Origin: an uncultured Pelagibacteraceae bacterium
GTDB taxonomy: Bacteria; Pseudomonadota; Alphaproteobacteria; Pelagibacterales; Pelagibacteraceae
Length of the DNA: 56,631 nucleotides
Assembly: GCA_902528505.1 (NCBI GenBank)
Contig: CABZSY010000001.1
Coordinates: forward strand, 1-56,631
Reading direction: 5' to 3'
Below the pieces are notes generated by a model, which was not told the origin of the DNA, made no database searches, and was given only the letters and a program-made list of their open reading frames with translations. The translations under genes and the position numbers were made by a program. Shown here in pieces: positions 20,884 to 32,593 of this stretch. Position 1 is the stretch's first letter; every line of letters starts with the position of its first letter.

Positions 20884-21508
20884 CAATCTTAACTCCTTTA
20901 TTAGACTCAACGTTTAATACACTAACACCATCAGATCTCTCTCTTGAAATTTGCTTTATATAGCTTTGTGTTTTTACACCCACTCTTTTTCTAAAAGTTA
21001 GAACAATTGCTCCAATCATAGCAACCAATAAAATCATTCCACTGATTTGAAAAACATGGATATAATCGGTGTACAATACTTGACCTAAAGAATGAGTATT
21101 GCTGACTTTTGCTAATTCCAAAGAATTATTTATATCAAACAAATCTGGTTTATATTTCCAACCACCAACAACAATTATTAACTCAACAAATATAAGAGTG
21201 CTTATTATCAAACCTACAGGAATATGTTTTGAATTCTCTTCAGATGAAAACCATTGATTTTTTTGTTGAGCAACATTTAACATCATAACAACAAACAAAA
21301 ATAAAACCGCTACAGCTCCTACATAAACAATAAGCATAATCATCCCTAAAAACTCTGCTCCAATCATAATAAAAAGACATGAAATACTTATGAAATCTAG
21401 GATTAAAAAAAAAACAGAGTGAACTGTATTCTTGGAGGCTGTAACCATTATTGCAGAGACAATAGCTATGATTGAAAATGTATAAAAGAAAATGGAGTGT
21501 GCGATCAT
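20876..21508 (-). CDS. nuoJ: NADH-quinone oxidoreductase subunit J
   Basis: [17 protein letters not shown]. Confidence 0.96.
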   Translation of the reverse strand: MIAHSIFFYTFSIIAIVSAIMVTASKNTVHSVFFLILDFISISCLFIMIGAEFLGMIMLIVYVGAVAVLFLFVVMMLNVAQQKNQWFSSEENSKHIPVGLIISTLIFVELIIVVGGWKYKPDLFDINNSLELAKVSNTHSLGQVLYTDYIHVFQISGMILLVAMIGAIVLTFRKRVGVKTQSYIKQISRERSDGVSVLNVESNKGVKIDD

Positions 21509-21510
21509 TT

Positions 21511-21996
21511 TTATCTGTGAGAACTATCAGCTTTAATATTAGCCTCTAAAATATTTTCCCATCTGTCACCGTTATCTAGAAGTTTATCCTTTGTGTAATA
21601 AAGTTCTTCTCTTGTTTCAGTTGAAAATTCAAAATTTGGACCTTGAACAATTGCATCTACAGGACAAGACTCCTCACACAAACCACAATAAATACATTTC
21701 ATCATGTCAATGTCATAACGAGTTGTTTTTCTACTTCCATCTTCTCTTTCAGTAGATTCAATCGTTATCGCTTGAGCTGGACATACAGCCTCACATAATT
21801 TACATGCAATACATCTCTCCTCACCATTTGGATATCTTCTTAATGCATGTTCTCCTCTAAAACGTGGACTGATCTTGCCTTTTTCAAATGGATAATTTAT
21901 TGTTTTTTTTGATTTGAATATTTCCTTCACAGCCATATATAGACCACTTGCAAAGTCTGCCATAAATATGGTTTTAAAAAATCTTGATATTTTCAT
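21511..21996 (-). CDS. nuoI: NADH-quinone oxidoreductase subunit I
   Basis: Two CxxCxxCxxxCP motifs; [11 protein letters not shown]. Confidence 0.98.
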   Translation of the reverse strand: MKISRFFKTIFMADFASGLYMAVKEIFKSKKTINYPFEKGKISPRFRGEHALRRYPNGEERCIACKLCEAVCPAQAITIESTEREDGSRKTTRYDIDMMKCIYCGLCEESCPVDAIVQGPNFEFSTETREELYYTKDKLLDNGDRWENILEANIKADSSHR

Positions 21997-21998
21997 AA

Positions 21999-22997
21999 TT
22001 AATTTACCGGTAGAAGATTAAAATAAAATAAATAGCTTGCCGTTAACACAACCCATATTAAAGATAACGGAAGGAATACTTTCCAACCTAATTTCATTAG
22101 TTGGTCATATCTGTATCTTGGAACAATTGCTTTAATTAAAGCAAAAAGAAAAAATAATAACAATATCTTTAATATTAACCACACAGGTCCAGGAATTAAA
22201 GTGAAAGGATAAATTTCTAGTGGTGATAACCATCCACCTAAAAATAAAATCGCACCCATAGCACACATTAGAAGAATATTTGCATATTCACCAAGCCAGA
22301 ACATTGCATACATCATTCCAGAATATTCTGTTTGATATCCGGCAACTAATTCAGCTTCGGCTTCTGGAAGATCAAATGGTGGCCTATTCGTTTCAGCTAA
22401 TGCAGAAATAAAAAAAATTACAAACATTGGGAATAACGGAATAACAAACCATAAGTTTTGTTGAGCTATAACAATATCATTTAAATTAAGTGAACCTACA
22501 CACAACAGAACATTTATGATTATTACACCAATAGATACTTCATAAGATACCATTTGAGCTGCAGATCTAATTGCTCCTAGGAAAGGATATTTAGAATTTG
22601 AAGCCCATCCTCCCATTATAATTCCATAAACACCAAGAGATGAAACTGCAAATAAATAAAGAATTCCTACATTTATATCAGCTAAAACCTGTGTCGCGCT
22701 GAATGGAATTACAGCCCAAGCAATTAAAGCTAGCGTCATTGTCACTATTGGTGCAAGAATAAAAATTACTTTATTTGAACTTGATGGGATAATGATTTCT
22801 TTAAAAATATATTTTAATGCATCAGCAATAGTTTGTAAAAGACCGAATGGTCCGACCACGTTAGGACCCTGTCTCTTTTGAACAAAAGCCCATACTCTTC
22901 TATCAAGCCAAACAACCATGGCAACTGATACCAACACAGGAACTAATAAAAAAAGAATTTTATAAATTTGATCAAACAATATACTTAAATATTCCAT
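21999..22997 (-). CDS. nuoH: NADH-quinone oxidoreductase subunit H
   Basis: [33 protein letters not shown]. Confidence 0.98.
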   Translation of the reverse strand: MEYLSILFDQIYKILFLLVPVLVSVAMVVWLDRRVWAFVQKRQGPNVVGPFGLLQTIADALKYIFKEIIIPSSSNKVIFILAPIVTMTLALIAWAVIPFSATQVLADINVGILYLFAVSSLGVYGIIMGGWASNSKYPFLGAIRSAAQMVSYEVSIGVIIINVLLCVGSLNLNDIVIAQQNLWFVIPLFPMFVIFFISALAETNRPPFDLPEAEAELVAGYQTEYSGMMYAMFWLGEYANILLMCAMGAILFLGGWLSPLEIYPFTLIPGPVWLILKILLLFFLFALIKAIVPRYRYDQLMKLGWKVFLPLSLIWVVLTASYLFYFNLLPVN

Positions 22998-25028
22998 CTA
23001 TCCCTCTGTACCTGTTGATCTAATATTTATTTTCGAATTGTTGCACTCAATCATAGTTTTTGAAGATCTAGCAATTACGTTGGAAAAATAATAATCTTTT
23101 ATTTGAATATTTAATTTTTCATTTTGAAAATCTGAAATTTTTTGTTCATTATTTTTAGTTATTTGTTTTTGTTGTTGTAGTTTTAGATAATTAAACATAC
23201 TGCTTTCTAATTCCTCTTTATCATTAAATAATTTTCGATTATTCATGACTTCAGCTAATTCATTTATGATTTGCCAGTCTTCTTTGGATTCTCCTGGAGG
23301 GTAAGATGCTTTATATGCTTTTTGTATTTTTCCCTCTAGATTTGTAAAATAACCATCTTGTTCTGTATAAGCTGATCCTGGTAAAATTATATCTGCAATT
23401 TCTGCTCCCTTATCTCCATGACTCCCTTGATAAATTACAAATTCATCTTTTTTATTAAATTCTAAATTATCTTGTCCAACTAAATAAATAATTTCGAATT
23501 TATTAGATTTTAATTTTTCCAGTAAGTTTGTTTCCTTATTTAATATTCCTAGGTCCAAATTACCGACTGTCGCCGCATCACATGATAAGATATTAAATGG
23601 GTTCCAGTTCTCTGAGAATTTATTATTTTTCTTCAAAAAATTTTTAATCAAATTAAATAGGTATTCTGCTGAATTTAACTTTAATAAAGACTCACCTATA
23701 ATAATCATTGGCTTATTTGCACTAATAATTTCATTAGATATTTTATTTGAACCTTCAAAAATAGTTTTTATTGATTGGGTTTGACCATCTAAATTTTCAT
23801 AAGGATAAGTTAGATCACCAAGATCATTTAATGAAATTACTTTTGTATTATTATTTAAAAAGGCTTTTCTAATCCTAGCATTCAGAATTGTAGCTTCATA
23901 TCTAGGATTTGCTCCAATCAAAAATATTAAATCAGAATCTTCAATTCCATTTATAGAAGAATTAAATATATAATTCTGTCTTTCAGTGTTATCTAGAAAT
24001 CTGTTATCTGATCTTGAGTCATAGTTATTATTGTTTAAAGTTCTATCGAAAAACTCCTTAAAAATAAAACCTGTCTCCATGTTGGTTAAGTCTCCAACAA
24101 AACCACAAACTTTATCATTTGATGAATTTTCAAATTTTGACTTAATAATTTTAAAGACCTCACTCCATGATGCTTTCTCAAATTTACCGTTATATTTAAT
24201 AAAAGGTGTATCTAGCCTCTGATTTAACAAACCATCGCACGCGTATCTTGTTTTATCTGAAATCCACTCTTCATTTATATCCTCATTAATTATTGGCAAA
24301 ACTCTTTTAACTTCCCAATCATATGTATCTACTCTTACATTTGATCCAACAGCGTCCATCACATCGACAGTCTCGGTTTTTTTTAGCTCCCAAGGTCTTG
24401 CCTCAAAAACATAAGGTTTTGAAGTTAAAGCACCAACTGGACAGAGATCTATTACATTTGCTGACAACTCTGATTGCATTGACTGCTCCAAATAAGTTGT
24501 AATTTGCATATCCTCTCCTCTGCCAATTGCTCCTAACTCAGACACTCCAGCAACTTCAGTCGCAAATCTTACGCATCTAGTACAATGTATACATCTTGTC
24601 ATTTGTGTCTTAATTAATGGTCCCATATGTTTTTCTGGTACAGCTCTTTTGTTCTCTTTAAATCTTGATTTATCTACCCCATAAAACATGGACTGATCTT
24701 GAAGGTCACACTCACCACCTTGGTCACAAACTGGGCAATCTAAAGGATGGTTCGCTAACAAAAATTCCATTACTCCTTTTCGAGCCTTTTCAACAAAAGG
24801 AGTGTTGGTTTTAATATTCATGCCATCTGCAGCTGGCATTGCACAAGAAGCAATTGGTTTTGGAGATTTTTCCATTTCAACCAAACACATTCTACAGTTA
24901 CCTGCTATAGATAATTTTTCATGATAACAAAATCTAGGAATTTCCACTCCAGCTTTCTCACATGCTTGTAGAACCGTTAACCCTTCCTCTACCTCAACTT
25001 CAATGTCATTTACTTTTAATTTAGGCAT
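22998..25028 (-). CDS. nuoG: NADH-quinone oxidoreductase subunit G
   Basis: [43 protein letters not shown]. Confidence 0.98.
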   Translation of the reverse strand: MPKLKVNDIEVEVEEGLTVLQACEKAGVEIPRFCYHEKLSIAGNCRMCLVEMEKSPKPIASCAMPAADGMNIKTNTPFVEKARKGVMEFLLANHPLDCPVCDQGGECDLQDQSMFYGVDKSRFKENKRAVPEKHMGPLIKTQMTRCIHCTRCVRFATEVAGVSELGAIGRGEDMQITTYLEQSMQSELSANVIDLCPVGALTSKPYVFEARPWELKKTETVDVMDAVGSNVRVDTYDWEVKRVLPIINEDINEEWISDKTRYACDGLLNQRLDTPFIKYNGKFEKASWSEVFKIIKSKFENSSNDKVCGFVGDLTNMETGFIFKEFFDRTLNNNNYDSRSDNRFLDNTERQNYIFNSSINGIEDSDLIFLIGANPRYEATILNARIRKAFLNNNTKVISLNDLGDLTYPYENLDGQTQSIKTIFEGSNKISNEIISANKPMIIIGESLLKLNSAEYLFNLIKNFLKKNNKFSENWNPFNILSCDAATVGNLDLGILNKETNLLEKLKSNKFEIIYLVGQDNLEFNKKDEFVIYQGSHGDKGAEIADIILPGSAYTEQDGYFTNLEGKIQKAYKASYPPGESKEDWQIINELAEVMNNRKLFNDKEELESSMFNYLKLQQQKQITKNNEQKISDFQNEKLNIQIKDYYFSNVIARSSKTMIECNNSKINIRSTGTEG

Positions 25029-26352
25029 TTTTTTTATCTAATAAATGTTGATCAACTAAATAAGGAATATTATTTTTTTTCTGAACAATAGGATCCAAGT
25101 TATTTCTTTTCTCAATTTCTTTTTTAAAATGTCTTAACAATCCTTGTACAGGCCATGACGATCCTTCACCAAATGCACAAATAGTATGGCCAGCAATTTG
25201 GTTTGTTACATCACCAAGCATGTCCACTTCATCTTTAGTAGCCTCCCCTTTTGCCATTCGCTCTAGCATTCTCCACATCCATCCTGAGCCCTCTCTACAT
25301 GGTGTACATTGGCCACAACTTTCGTGTTTATAAAATCTAGCTATCCTTGCCATACATTTTATAATGTCCTGATCCTTGTTAATAACTACAATTCCAGCAG
25401 TTCCTAACCCACTTTTTTCAGCCATTAATGAATCAAAGTCCATAGTTAATGTCTCACATTTTTCTTTTGGTATTAGTGGCATTGATGAACCCCCAGGAAT
25501 TACTGCTTGTAAATTTTCCCATCCACCAACAACTCCTCCGGCATGAACCTCAATTAATTCTTTTAAAGGTATATTCATTTCTTCCTCAACATTACATGGA
25601 TTATTCACATTACCTGAAATACAAAAAATTTTTGTACCTGTATTTTTTTCTCTACCCAACGAGGAAAACCATTTTCCACCTCTTCTAAGAATTGTTGGAA
25701 CAACAGCTATCGTTTCAACATTATTTATAATTGTTGGGCATCCATAAAGTCCAATCAATGCTGGAAAAGGAGGTTTTAATCTAGGTTGACCTTTTTTACC
25801 CTCTATACTTTCAAGTAAAGCTGTTTCTTCTCCACAAATATATGCACCGGCTCCATAGTGAATGTAGATGTCTAAATCCCATCCAGTTCCAGCAGCATTT
25901 TTACCAATTAAATTTTTTTCATATGCTTCATCAATAGCTGATTGTAATTTTTGACCCTCTATAAAGTACTCACCTCTAATATAGATATAACAAGCATGAG
26001 CTTGAACTGCATAAGAAGCTATTAGACATCCTTCGATCAATTTGTGAGGTTCGAATCTTAAGATATCTCTATCCTTACAGGTGCCTGGTTCTGACTCGTC
26101 TGCATTAATTACTAAATAATGAGGTCTAGATCCGACTTCTTTAGGCGCAAAAGACCATTTTAAACCTGTGGGAAATCCAGCACCACCTCTTCCTCTGAGT
26201 TGTGAGTCTTTTACCTCATTAATAATCCAGTCTCTTCCTTTTGCTATTAATTCAGAAGTATTTACCCAATCACCTCTTGTCTGAGCAGATTTAACATCTG
26301 CTCCCATATCATTGTACAAATTTTTAAAAATTCTATCTTGATCTTTAAGCAT
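25021..26352 (-). CDS. nuoF: NADH-quinone oxidoreductase subunit F
   Basis: [47 protein letters not shown]. Confidence 0.98.
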   Translation of the reverse strand: MLKDQDRIFKNLYNDMGADVKSAQTRGDWVNTSELIAKGRDWIINEVKDSQLRGRGGAGFPTGLKWSFAPKEVGSRPHYLVINADESEPGTCKDRDILRFEPHKLIEGCLIASYAVQAHACYIYIRGEYFIEGQKLQSAIDEAYEKNLIGKNAAGTGWDLDIYIHYGAGAYICGEETALLESIEGKKGQPRLKPPFPALIGLYGCPTIINNVETIAVVPTILRRGGKWFSSLGREKNTGTKIFCISGNVNNPCNVEEEMNIPLKELIEVHAGGVVGGWENLQAVIPGGSSMPLIPKEKCETLTMDFDSLMAEKSGLGTAGIVVINKDQDIIKCMARIARFYKHESCGQCTPCREGSGWMWRMLERMAKGEATKDEVDMLGDVTNQIAGHTICAFGEGSSWPVQGLLRHFKKEIEKRNNLDPIVQKKNNIPYLVDQHLLDKKNA

Positions 26353-26953
26353 TTTTTACATCCATAAGTGTTTTTCTATTATTTTCAGGCTCTGTATTTA
26401 AACGTCCTCGATACGATCCTGGTTTTGGTTCTTCACCCTTTAAAATTTTATCAAATATTTCTACTGTTTTTTCTTTATCTAAATCTTCATAATAATCATC
26501 ATTAATTTGCATCATAGGAGCATTAACACATGCTCCTAAACATTCCACTTCCATCCAAGAACAACTTTTATCATTTGATAATTCATTTTCTTTATCTGAA
26601 ATTTTTTCCTTACAAGCTTCAACTAATTTATTTGCTCCTCTAATCATGCAAGGAGTAGTAGTACAAACCTGTACAAAATACTTTCCCACTGGTGATAAAT
26701 TGTACATAGTATAAAAAGTTGCTACCTCGTAAACTTTTATGTAAGGCATATCTAAAAAATTTGCGATATATTTCATAGCAGCCAATGGTATCCAGTTATC
26801 ATTCTGTTTTTGAGCAATATATAATAAAGCCATTACAGCGCTTTGCTGTTTACCTTCAGGATATTTTAAAACTATTTTGTTTGCTTCATCCATCGAGGAA
26901 GAACTGAACTCAAAAGTTTTAGGTTGATTTTTTGTAGGTCTTCTTAAACTCAT
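26345..26953 (-). CDS. nuoE: NADH-quinone oxidoreductase subunit E
   Basis: [21 protein letters not shown]. Confidence 0.97.
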   Translation of the reverse strand: MSLRRPTKNQPKTFEFSSSSMDEANKIVLKYPEGKQQSAVMALLYIAQKQNDNWIPLAAMKYIANFLDMPYIKVYEVATFYTMYNLSPVGKYFVQVCTTTPCMIRGANKLVEACKEKISDKENELSNDKSCSWMEVECLGACVNAPMMQINDDYYEDLDKEKTVEIFDKILKGEEPKPGSYRGRLNTEPENNRKTLMDVKNA

Positions 26954-28125
26954 CTATCTACCTCACCAAAAACTATATCTAACGATCCCAATACTGCTGG
27001 TACATCAGCTAACATATGTCCTTTAATCAAATAGTCCATTGATTGAAGATGTGAAAATCCAGGAGCTCTTATTTTACATTTGTAAGGTTTATTAGATCCA
27101 TCTGAAATCAAATAAACTCCAAATTCACCTTTAGGAGCTTCTACTGCTGTATATATTTCATCTTTAGGAACTCTATAACCCTCTGTGAAAAGTTTAAAAT
27201 GATGAATAAGTGCTTCCATTGATTGTTTAATCTCTTTTTTAGAGGGTGGGCTTATCTTGCCATCTAAAGATTTTATGGGACCTTTTTCCATTTTAGAAAG
27301 ACACTGTTTAATAATAGACACACTTTCTTTCATTTCTTCTATTCTGCATAAGTACCTATCATAACAATCTCCATTTTTCCCAACTGGAATTTTAAAATCT
27401 AATTGTTCATAACAATCATACGGTTGAGATTTTCGTAAATCCCAAGGAACGCCTGATCCTCTAATCATCACACCTGAAAAGGAATAGTCTAAAGCATCCT
27501 GTTTGGTAACAATTCCTATATCTACATTTCGTTGTTTAAAAATTCTGTTCTCAGTTAATAAACTTTCTAGATCATTAATTATTTTTGGAAATGTCTCACA
27601 AAATTCACTTATATCTTCTTCCAAGCCTTGGGGTAAATCTTGATGAACTCCGCCTGCTCTAAAATAATTTGCATGAAGTCTTGAACCAGAAACTCTTTCG
27701 TAAAAACCCATTAACTTTTCTCTTTCCTCAAACCCCCATAGAGTTGGAGTTAGAGCACCAACGTCCATAGCTTGAGTTGTGACATTTAATATATGACTTA
27801 AAATTCTTCCTATCTCACAAAATATTACTCTTATGTACTGAGCTCTAATTGGAACATCTATTTCAAGTATTTTTTCAGTTGCTAAAGCAAAAGCATGTTC
27901 TTGGTTCATTGGGGCAACATAATCTAGCCGGTCAAAATAAGGAACTGCTTGCATATAAGTTTTATTTTCAATCAGCTTTTCCGTGCCTCTGTGTAGTAAT
28001 CCAATATGGGGATCAGCTTTCTCAACTACTTCTCCATCTAATTCTAAAATTAATCTTAATACACCATGAGCAGCTGGGTGTTGAGGGCCAAAGTTTAAAT
28101 TAAGATTTTTAATTTTTTTTGTCAT
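26950..28125 (-). CDS. nuoD: NADH-quinone oxidoreductase subunit D
   Basis: [33 protein letters not shown]. Confidence 0.98.
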   Translation of the reverse strand: MTKKIKNLNLNFGPQHPAAHGVLRLILELDGEVVEKADPHIGLLHRGTEKLIENKTYMQAVPYFDRLDYVAPMNQEHAFALATEKILEIDVPIRAQYIRVIFCEIGRILSHILNVTTQAMDVGALTPTLWGFEEREKLMGFYERVSGSRLHANYFRAGGVHQDLPQGLEEDISEFCETFPKIINDLESLLTENRIFKQRNVDIGIVTKQDALDYSFSGVMIRGSGVPWDLRKSQPYDCYEQLDFKIPVGKNGDCYDRYLCRIEEMKESVSIIKQCLSKMEKGPIKSLDGKISPPSKKEIKQSMEALIHHFKLFTEGYRVPKDEIYTAVEAPKGEFGVYLISDGSNKPYKCKIRAPGFSHLQSMDYLIKGHMLADVPAVLGSLDIVFGEVDR

Positions 28126-28714
28126 TATTATCTAATTCTTCTTTAATGTATCTGGTTCCTGCCCATGGGCTTTCATAATCAAAATTTCTGTAGTTCTGTT
28201 CAAGTTTGACTGGCTCTATTATTACTTTTTTTTGGTCTTCACTATATCTAACCTCTGTGTGTCCTGTTAAAGGAAAATCTTTTCTAAGTGGATGTCCTTC
28301 AAACCCATAATCTGTAAGTATTCTTCTTAAATCTGGATGATCTTTAAAAGAAACACCATACATGTCAAAGACTTCTCTTTCCATCCAGTTGGCTCCTGGA
28401 AAGATACTAGTTATGGATGGTATTAGTTCATTTTCTGCAATTGTATATTTTAAAATTAATCTTTGATTAAATTCATGGCTTAAAAATAAATATACTACCT
28501 CAAATCTTTGATTTTTTTCTGGATAATCAGTAACTGTTAAATCAATAAGTTGTCTGAATTTTGTGTCATTGTTCGTTTTTAAAAATAAAATTACATCAAT
28601 AAGATCATCTTTGTCTGTTTCAAGATAAATCTGATTATGTCTAATCTCTGTTCTGTTAATTTTAGTTGTTAATTCAGAGTTAATTTTTTTTTCTAGATCA
28701 ATTAAATTTTTCAT
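28109..28714 (-). CDS. nuoC: NADH-quinone oxidoreductase subunit C
   Basis: [33 protein letters not shown]. Confidence 0.98.
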   Translation of the reverse strand: MKNLIDLEKKINSELTTKINRTEIRHNQIYLETDKDDLIDVILFLKTNNDTKFRQLIDLTVTDYPEKNQRFEVVYLFLSHEFNQRLILKYTIAENELIPSITSIFPGANWMEREVFDMYGVSFKDHPDLRRILTDYGFEGHPLRKDFPLTGHTEVRYSEDQKKVIIEPVKLEQNYRNFDYESPWAGTRYIKEELDNNDKKN

Positions 28715-28716
28715 AA

Positions 28717-29232
28717 CTATCTCGTTATAGAACCCTTGTTTCTAATTTTTTTTTGAAGTTGCAATATTCCATAAAGTAATGCTTCTGCTGATGGAGGACA
28801 TCCTGGCACATAAACATCAACTGGAACTATTCTATCGCAGCCTCTTACTACAGAATATGAATAATGATAATACCCACCACCATTTGCACAACTTCCCATT
28901 GAGATAACGTATCTTGGTTCTGGCATTTGGTCGTATACTTTTCTTAAAGCAGGTGCCATTTTATTAGTTAAAGTACCTGCAACAATCATTACATCTGATT
29001 GTCTTGGGGAAGCTCTTGGTGCAGCACCAAATCTTTCAAGATCATATCTTGGCATCGAAGTTTGCATCATTTCAACAGCACAACAGGCTAACCCAAATGT
29101 CATCCAATGAAGTGATCCTGCTCTTGACCAATTTATTAAATTGTCTAGTGAAGTTGTAATAAATCCATTCTTGCTAAAATCGTCCGCAAGTTGTTTAAAT
29201 TCTTCAGGAACCTGGTCTATTTTGTTTTGCAT
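28717..29232 (-). CDS. nuoB: NADH-quinone oxidoreductase subunit B
   Basis: [26 protein letters not shown]. Confidence 0.98.
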   Translation of the reverse strand: MQNKIDQVPEEFKQLADDFSKNGFITTSLDNLINWSRAGSLHWMTFGLACCAVEMMQTSMPRYDLERFGAAPRASPRQSDVMIVAGTLTNKMAPALRKVYDQMPEPRYVISMGSCANGGGYYHYSYSVVRGCDRIVPVDVYVPGCPPSAEALLYGILQLQKKIRNKGSITR

Positions 29233-29245
29233 TGTAATTAAATTT

Positions 29246-29614
29246 TTATTCCCAGTCTAAAGCACCTTTTTTCCACTCATAAATAAAACCAATTGTAAGT
29301 ATGAAGAGAAAAATCATCATTGATGTAAAACCTAATAGACCGATATTTCCAAGAGAAATTGCCCACGGAAAAAGGAAAGCAATTTCTAAATCAAAAATAA
29401 TAAATAATATTGCTACCAAATAAAATCTTACATCAAACTCCATCCTTGAGTCTTCAAATGGTTCAAATCCACATTCATATGCAGAAAGCTTTTCAGGATC
29501 AGGTTTTTTGGGTGAAAGAATAAAATTAATTACCACAAAAGCACAACTTAATCCTAATGCTAGGACTAAAAAAATTATTATAGGTAAGTAGTTTTGTAAA
29601 AAATCAGATAACAT
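29246..29614 (-). CDS. nuoA: NADH-quinone oxidoreductase subunit A
   Basis: [23 protein letters not shown]. Confidence 0.98.
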   Translation of the reverse strand: MLSDFLQNYLPIIIFLVLALGLSCAFVVINFILSPKKPDPEKLSAYECGFEPFEDSRMEFDVRFYLVAILFIIFDLEIAFLFPWAISLGNIGLLGFTSMMIFLFILTIGFIYEWKKGALDWE

Positions 29615-29684
29615 TGAGGTCTATATAGCACTTTTTTTTTGTTCTTGAAGCGCTCATACGTCACATTTTCATGAAAAAAAAAAT

Positions 29685-29743
29685 TAACAATTTCAATGAC
29701 TTATATAAGGTACGCTGAAAAAGCTAACGATTTCAATGTATTA
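29685..29743. repeat. Imperfect 19-bp direct repeat upstream of nuoA (candidate protein-binding sites, IHF-like core)
   Basis: TAACAATTTCAATGACTTA (29685-29703) and TAACGATTTCAATGTATTA (29725-29743); 16/19 identical, 40-bp period. Confidence 0.6.
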
Positions 29744-29771
29744 GACAATTAGTTTGAATTCAATGAAAAAG

Positions 29772-29848
29772 TGGCGGGAGTGAAGGGACTCGAACCCTCG
29801 ACCTATCGCGTGACAGGCGATCGCTCTAACCAACTGAGCTACACCCCC
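29772..29848 (-). tRNA. tRNA-Asp (GTC)
   Basis: Cloverleaf: acceptor GGGGGUG/CACUCCC, anticodon arm AUCGC-CUGUCAC-GCGAU, GGUUCGAGUCC T-arm, encoded CCA. Confidence 0.98.
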
Positions 29849-29860
29849 ACTTTTGATTCT

Positions 29861-29936
29861 TGGTGGGCAGTATAGGACTCGAACCTATGACCCCCTCGGT
29901 GTAAACGAGATGCTCTACCAACTGAGCTAACCGCCC
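29861..29936 (-). tRNA. tRNA-Val (TAC)
   Basis: Acceptor GGGCGGU/ACUGCCC, anticodon loop UUUACAC, T-arm GGUUCGAGUCC, encoded CCA. Confidence 0.98.
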
Positions 29937-29956
29937 ATAACCAAAAAGTAACGTGA

Positions 29957-29984
29957 TTTATATCTTTTAGATCAATAACGTCAA
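29957..29984 (-). promoter_or_regulatory. Putative sigma70 promoter for tRNA-Val/tRNA-Asp
   Basis: Minus strand TTGACG-N16-TATAAA, 20 nt upstream of tRNA-Val; AT-rich background lowers specificity. Confidence 0.4.
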
Positions 29985-30017
29985 GATCTATTAATTACTA
30001 TAAAATGGAGTAAAATA

Positions 30018-30137
30018 TTAAAATCCACCTCTCCAATTAGTCTTATTTTCGAAACTGTCTTTTTCTTGTTTAGTAATGGGTCTTAATAAATAAATACCCA
30101 AAAATATAATCACCAAAAAAAATATTAATAATTCCAT
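30018..30137 (-). CDS. 39-aa single-TM microprotein, RPITK family copy 1
   Basis: Hand-translated MELLIFFLVIIFLGIYLLRPITKQEKDSFENKTNWRGGF; starts 17 nt after the lon stop; paralog at 48990. Confidence 0.8.
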   Translation of the reverse strand: MELLIFFLVIIFLGIYLLRPITKQEKDSFENKTNWRGGF

Positions 30138-30154
30138 TTAAAAAAGTTTAGTTC

Positions 30155-32533
30155 TTACTGAATACTAGCTTGAGATTTGTCATCTTTTTTGGAAATATCA
30201 ACCTCAACCCATTCAGTAGGTTTTAATTGTTTTGTTAATGCTATTTTGATTACTTGATCAGCGTGTTCTACAGGAGTAATTTTAATATCATCCATTATTT
30301 TTTTTGGCATATCTACAAGATCTTTTTCGTTTTCTTTTGGTATTAAAACTTCTTTAATACCTGCACGGTGTGCTGCTAATAATTTTTCTTTTAATCCACC
30401 AATTTGTAAAACTTGGCCTGTCAAAGTAACTTCACCTGTCATTGCTAAATCTTTTCTAACTGGGATATTTGTAATTGAGGATACAATAGATGTAACCATA
30501 CCAACTCCAGCAGATGGACCGTCTTTAGGTGTGGCACCTTCAGGAACGTGAATATGAAAATCTTTCTTTTCAAATACAGGAGGAATAATTCCATATTCTA
30601 AACATTTGGATCTTACAAAAGATTTTGCAGCTTTTACAGACTCTTGCATTACATCTCCAAGCTTACCTGTAATTTGCATTCTTCCTTTACCTGACATGGT
30701 GACTGTCTCAATTTTTAGAATCTCTCCACCATACTCTGTCCAAGCAAGACCAACAACAATACCAACTTTATTATCAGCCTCTAATTCGCCAAAATTAAAT
30801 TTTGCAACGCCTAGAAAATCAGATAAATTTTTGTTATTAACATTAACTTCCTTTTCTTCTCCAGCAACTATTTTCTTAACTACTTTTCGCGCTATTTTTG
30901 AAATTTCTCTTTCTAAATTTCTAACTCCAGACTCTTTGGTATAGCCTCTTATAACTTCTTTAATGATATCATCGGTTAAATTCATTTCTTTCTCTTTAAC
31001 ACCATTATCTTTAATTTGTTTAGGTAATAAATATTTATTAGCAATATTTATCTTTTCATCTTCTGTATATCCTGCAAGTCTAATAACTTCCATTCTATCT
31101 AATAATGGTGGAAGTATATTTAATGTGTTTGCAGTTGTAACAAACATCACATCTGATAAATCATAATCTACCTCTAAATAATGGTCATTAAAAGTTGTGT
31201 TTTGTTCTGGATCTAAAGCCTCCAATAAAGCAGAGGATGGATCTCCCCTATAATCATTTCCTATTTTATCGATTTCATCCAATAAAATTAAAGGATTTTT
31301 GGTTCCTGCTTTTTTCATCATCTGAATGATTTTACCAGGAAGTGATCCTATATAAGTTCGTCTATGGCCTCTGATTTCCGCTTCATCTCTCATACCTCCA
31401 ACTGACATTCTTACAAACTCTCTATTTGTAGCTTTAGCAATAGACTTACCTAAAGAAGTTTTACCAACACCTGGTGGTCCAACTAAACATAAAATTGGGC
31501 CTTTAATCTTTTCCATTCTTTTTTGGACTGCAAGAAACTCTACAATTCTTTCTTTAATTTTTTCTAAGCCGAAATGGTCCTTATCTAGAGTATTTTGTGC
31601 CTTTGCCAAATCAATATCAACTTCACTTTTTTTATGCCACGGAAGTTCTGTCATCCAATCTAAATAATTTCTTACTACAGTTGCTTCAGCTGACATAGGG
31701 CTCATATTTTTTAATTTTTTTAATTCCTGAAGACATTTTTTTTCTACCTCTTTGGGCATCTTAGCCTTAATAATTTCTTTATTTAAACTTGAGGTTTCAT
31801 CTTTACCATCTTCAATTTCACCAAGTTCTTTCTGGATGGCTTTTAATTGTTCATTTAAATAATACTCACGTTGAGTTTTCTCCATTTGAGTTTTAACTCT
31901 TCCTCTGATTCTTTTCTCTACACCTATTATGCTAGTTTCATTTTCCATAATCTTAATTATGGCGTTCAATCTTTTTTTAACGTCGTTAGTCTCAAAAATT
32001 TGCTGTTTTTCAGAAATTGAAGCACTAATATGTGATGCTATATTATCTGCAATTTGTGATGGGTCTTTCAATTGCTTAATAGTATTTATTGTTTCATTAG
32101 AAATTTTTTTATTTACTGATGTTAATTTCTCTAATCTTCTTAAAGCTGTAGCTGCCAACGGAAATAAATTCTCATCGTTTGAAATAACATCATTGAAATA
32201 TGTATATTCGCAAGTAATAAATTTTTCATTGTCTTTAAAATCTAAAATTTTAACTCTCTTTATCCCTTCTACCAAGACTTTAACTGTGCCATCTGGTAGT
32301 TTTAATAGTTGTAAAATGTTACCTTCACATCCATACATAAATACATCAGTTTTAGTTGGATCGTCGATTTCGGAATTTTTTTGAGTGACCAGGATAATTT
32401 TCTTATCCTTTTTCATAACCTCATTCAATGCAGAAATTGATTTATCTCTTCCAACAAACAGTGGAATCACCATACTTGGAAAGACAACAATATCTCTTAA
32501 AGGAAGTAACGGTAGTGAAATTTTAACGTCCAT
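30155..32533 (-). CDS. lon: ATP-dependent protease La
   Basis: LPLRDIVVFP, GPPGVGKTS, DEAEIRGHRRTY, PKDGPSAG, GGLKEK. Confidence 0.98.
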   Translation of the reverse strand: MDVKISLPLLPLRDIVVFPSMVIPLFVGRDKSISALNEVMKKDKKIILVTQKNSEIDDPTKTDVFMYGCEGNILQLLKLPDGTVKVLVEGIKRVKILDFKDNEKFITCEYTYFNDVISNDENLFPLAATALRRLEKLTSVNKKISNETINTIKQLKDPSQIADNIASHISASISEKQQIFETNDVKKRLNAIIKIMENETSIIGVEKRIRGRVKTQMEKTQREYYLNEQLKAIQKELGEIEDGKDETSSLNKEIIKAKMPKEVEKKCLQELKKLKNMSPMSAEATVVRNYLDWMTELPWHKKSEVDIDLAKAQNTLDKDHFGLEKIKERIVEFLAVQKRMEKIKGPILCLVGPPGVGKTSLGKSIAKATNREFVRMSVGGMRDEAEIRGHRRTYIGSLPGKIIQMMKKAGTKNPLILLDEIDKIGNDYRGDPSSALLEALDPEQNTTFNDHYLEVDYDLSDVMFVTTANTLNILPPLLDRMEVIRLAGYTEDEKINIANKYLLPKQIKDNGVKEKEMNLTDDIIKEVIRGYTKESGVRNLEREISKIARKVVKKIVAGEEKEVNVNNKNLSDFLGVAKFNFGELEADNKVGIVVGLAWTEYGGEILKIETVTMSGKGRMQITGKLGDVMQESVKAAKSFVRSKCLEYGIIPPVFEKKDFHIHVPEGATPKDGPSAGVGMVTSIVSSITNIPVRKDLAMTGEVTLTGQVLQIGGLKEKLLAAHRAGIKEVLIPKENEKDLVDMPKKIMDDIKITPVEHADQVIKIALTKQLKPTEWVEVDISKKDDKSQASIQ

Positions 32534-32540
32534 ACTCTTA

Positions 32541-32567
32541 ATATGGATATTATATTTTATTTTGCAA
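32541..32567 (-). promoter_or_regulatory. Possible sigma32-type promoter for lon
   Basis: Minus strand TTGCAA-N15-CCATAT ending 7 nt before the lon ATG; lon is a typical heat-shock gene. Confidence 0.35.
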
Positions 32568-32593
32568 TAGATTTTTACTTGTTATTAAGGATA

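Noticed and set aside
29767-29854. Inverted repeat AAAAGTGG/CCACTTTT flanking tRNA-Asp
   Set aside because: Only 8 bp, partly made of the tRNA ends themselves; not enough to call an element
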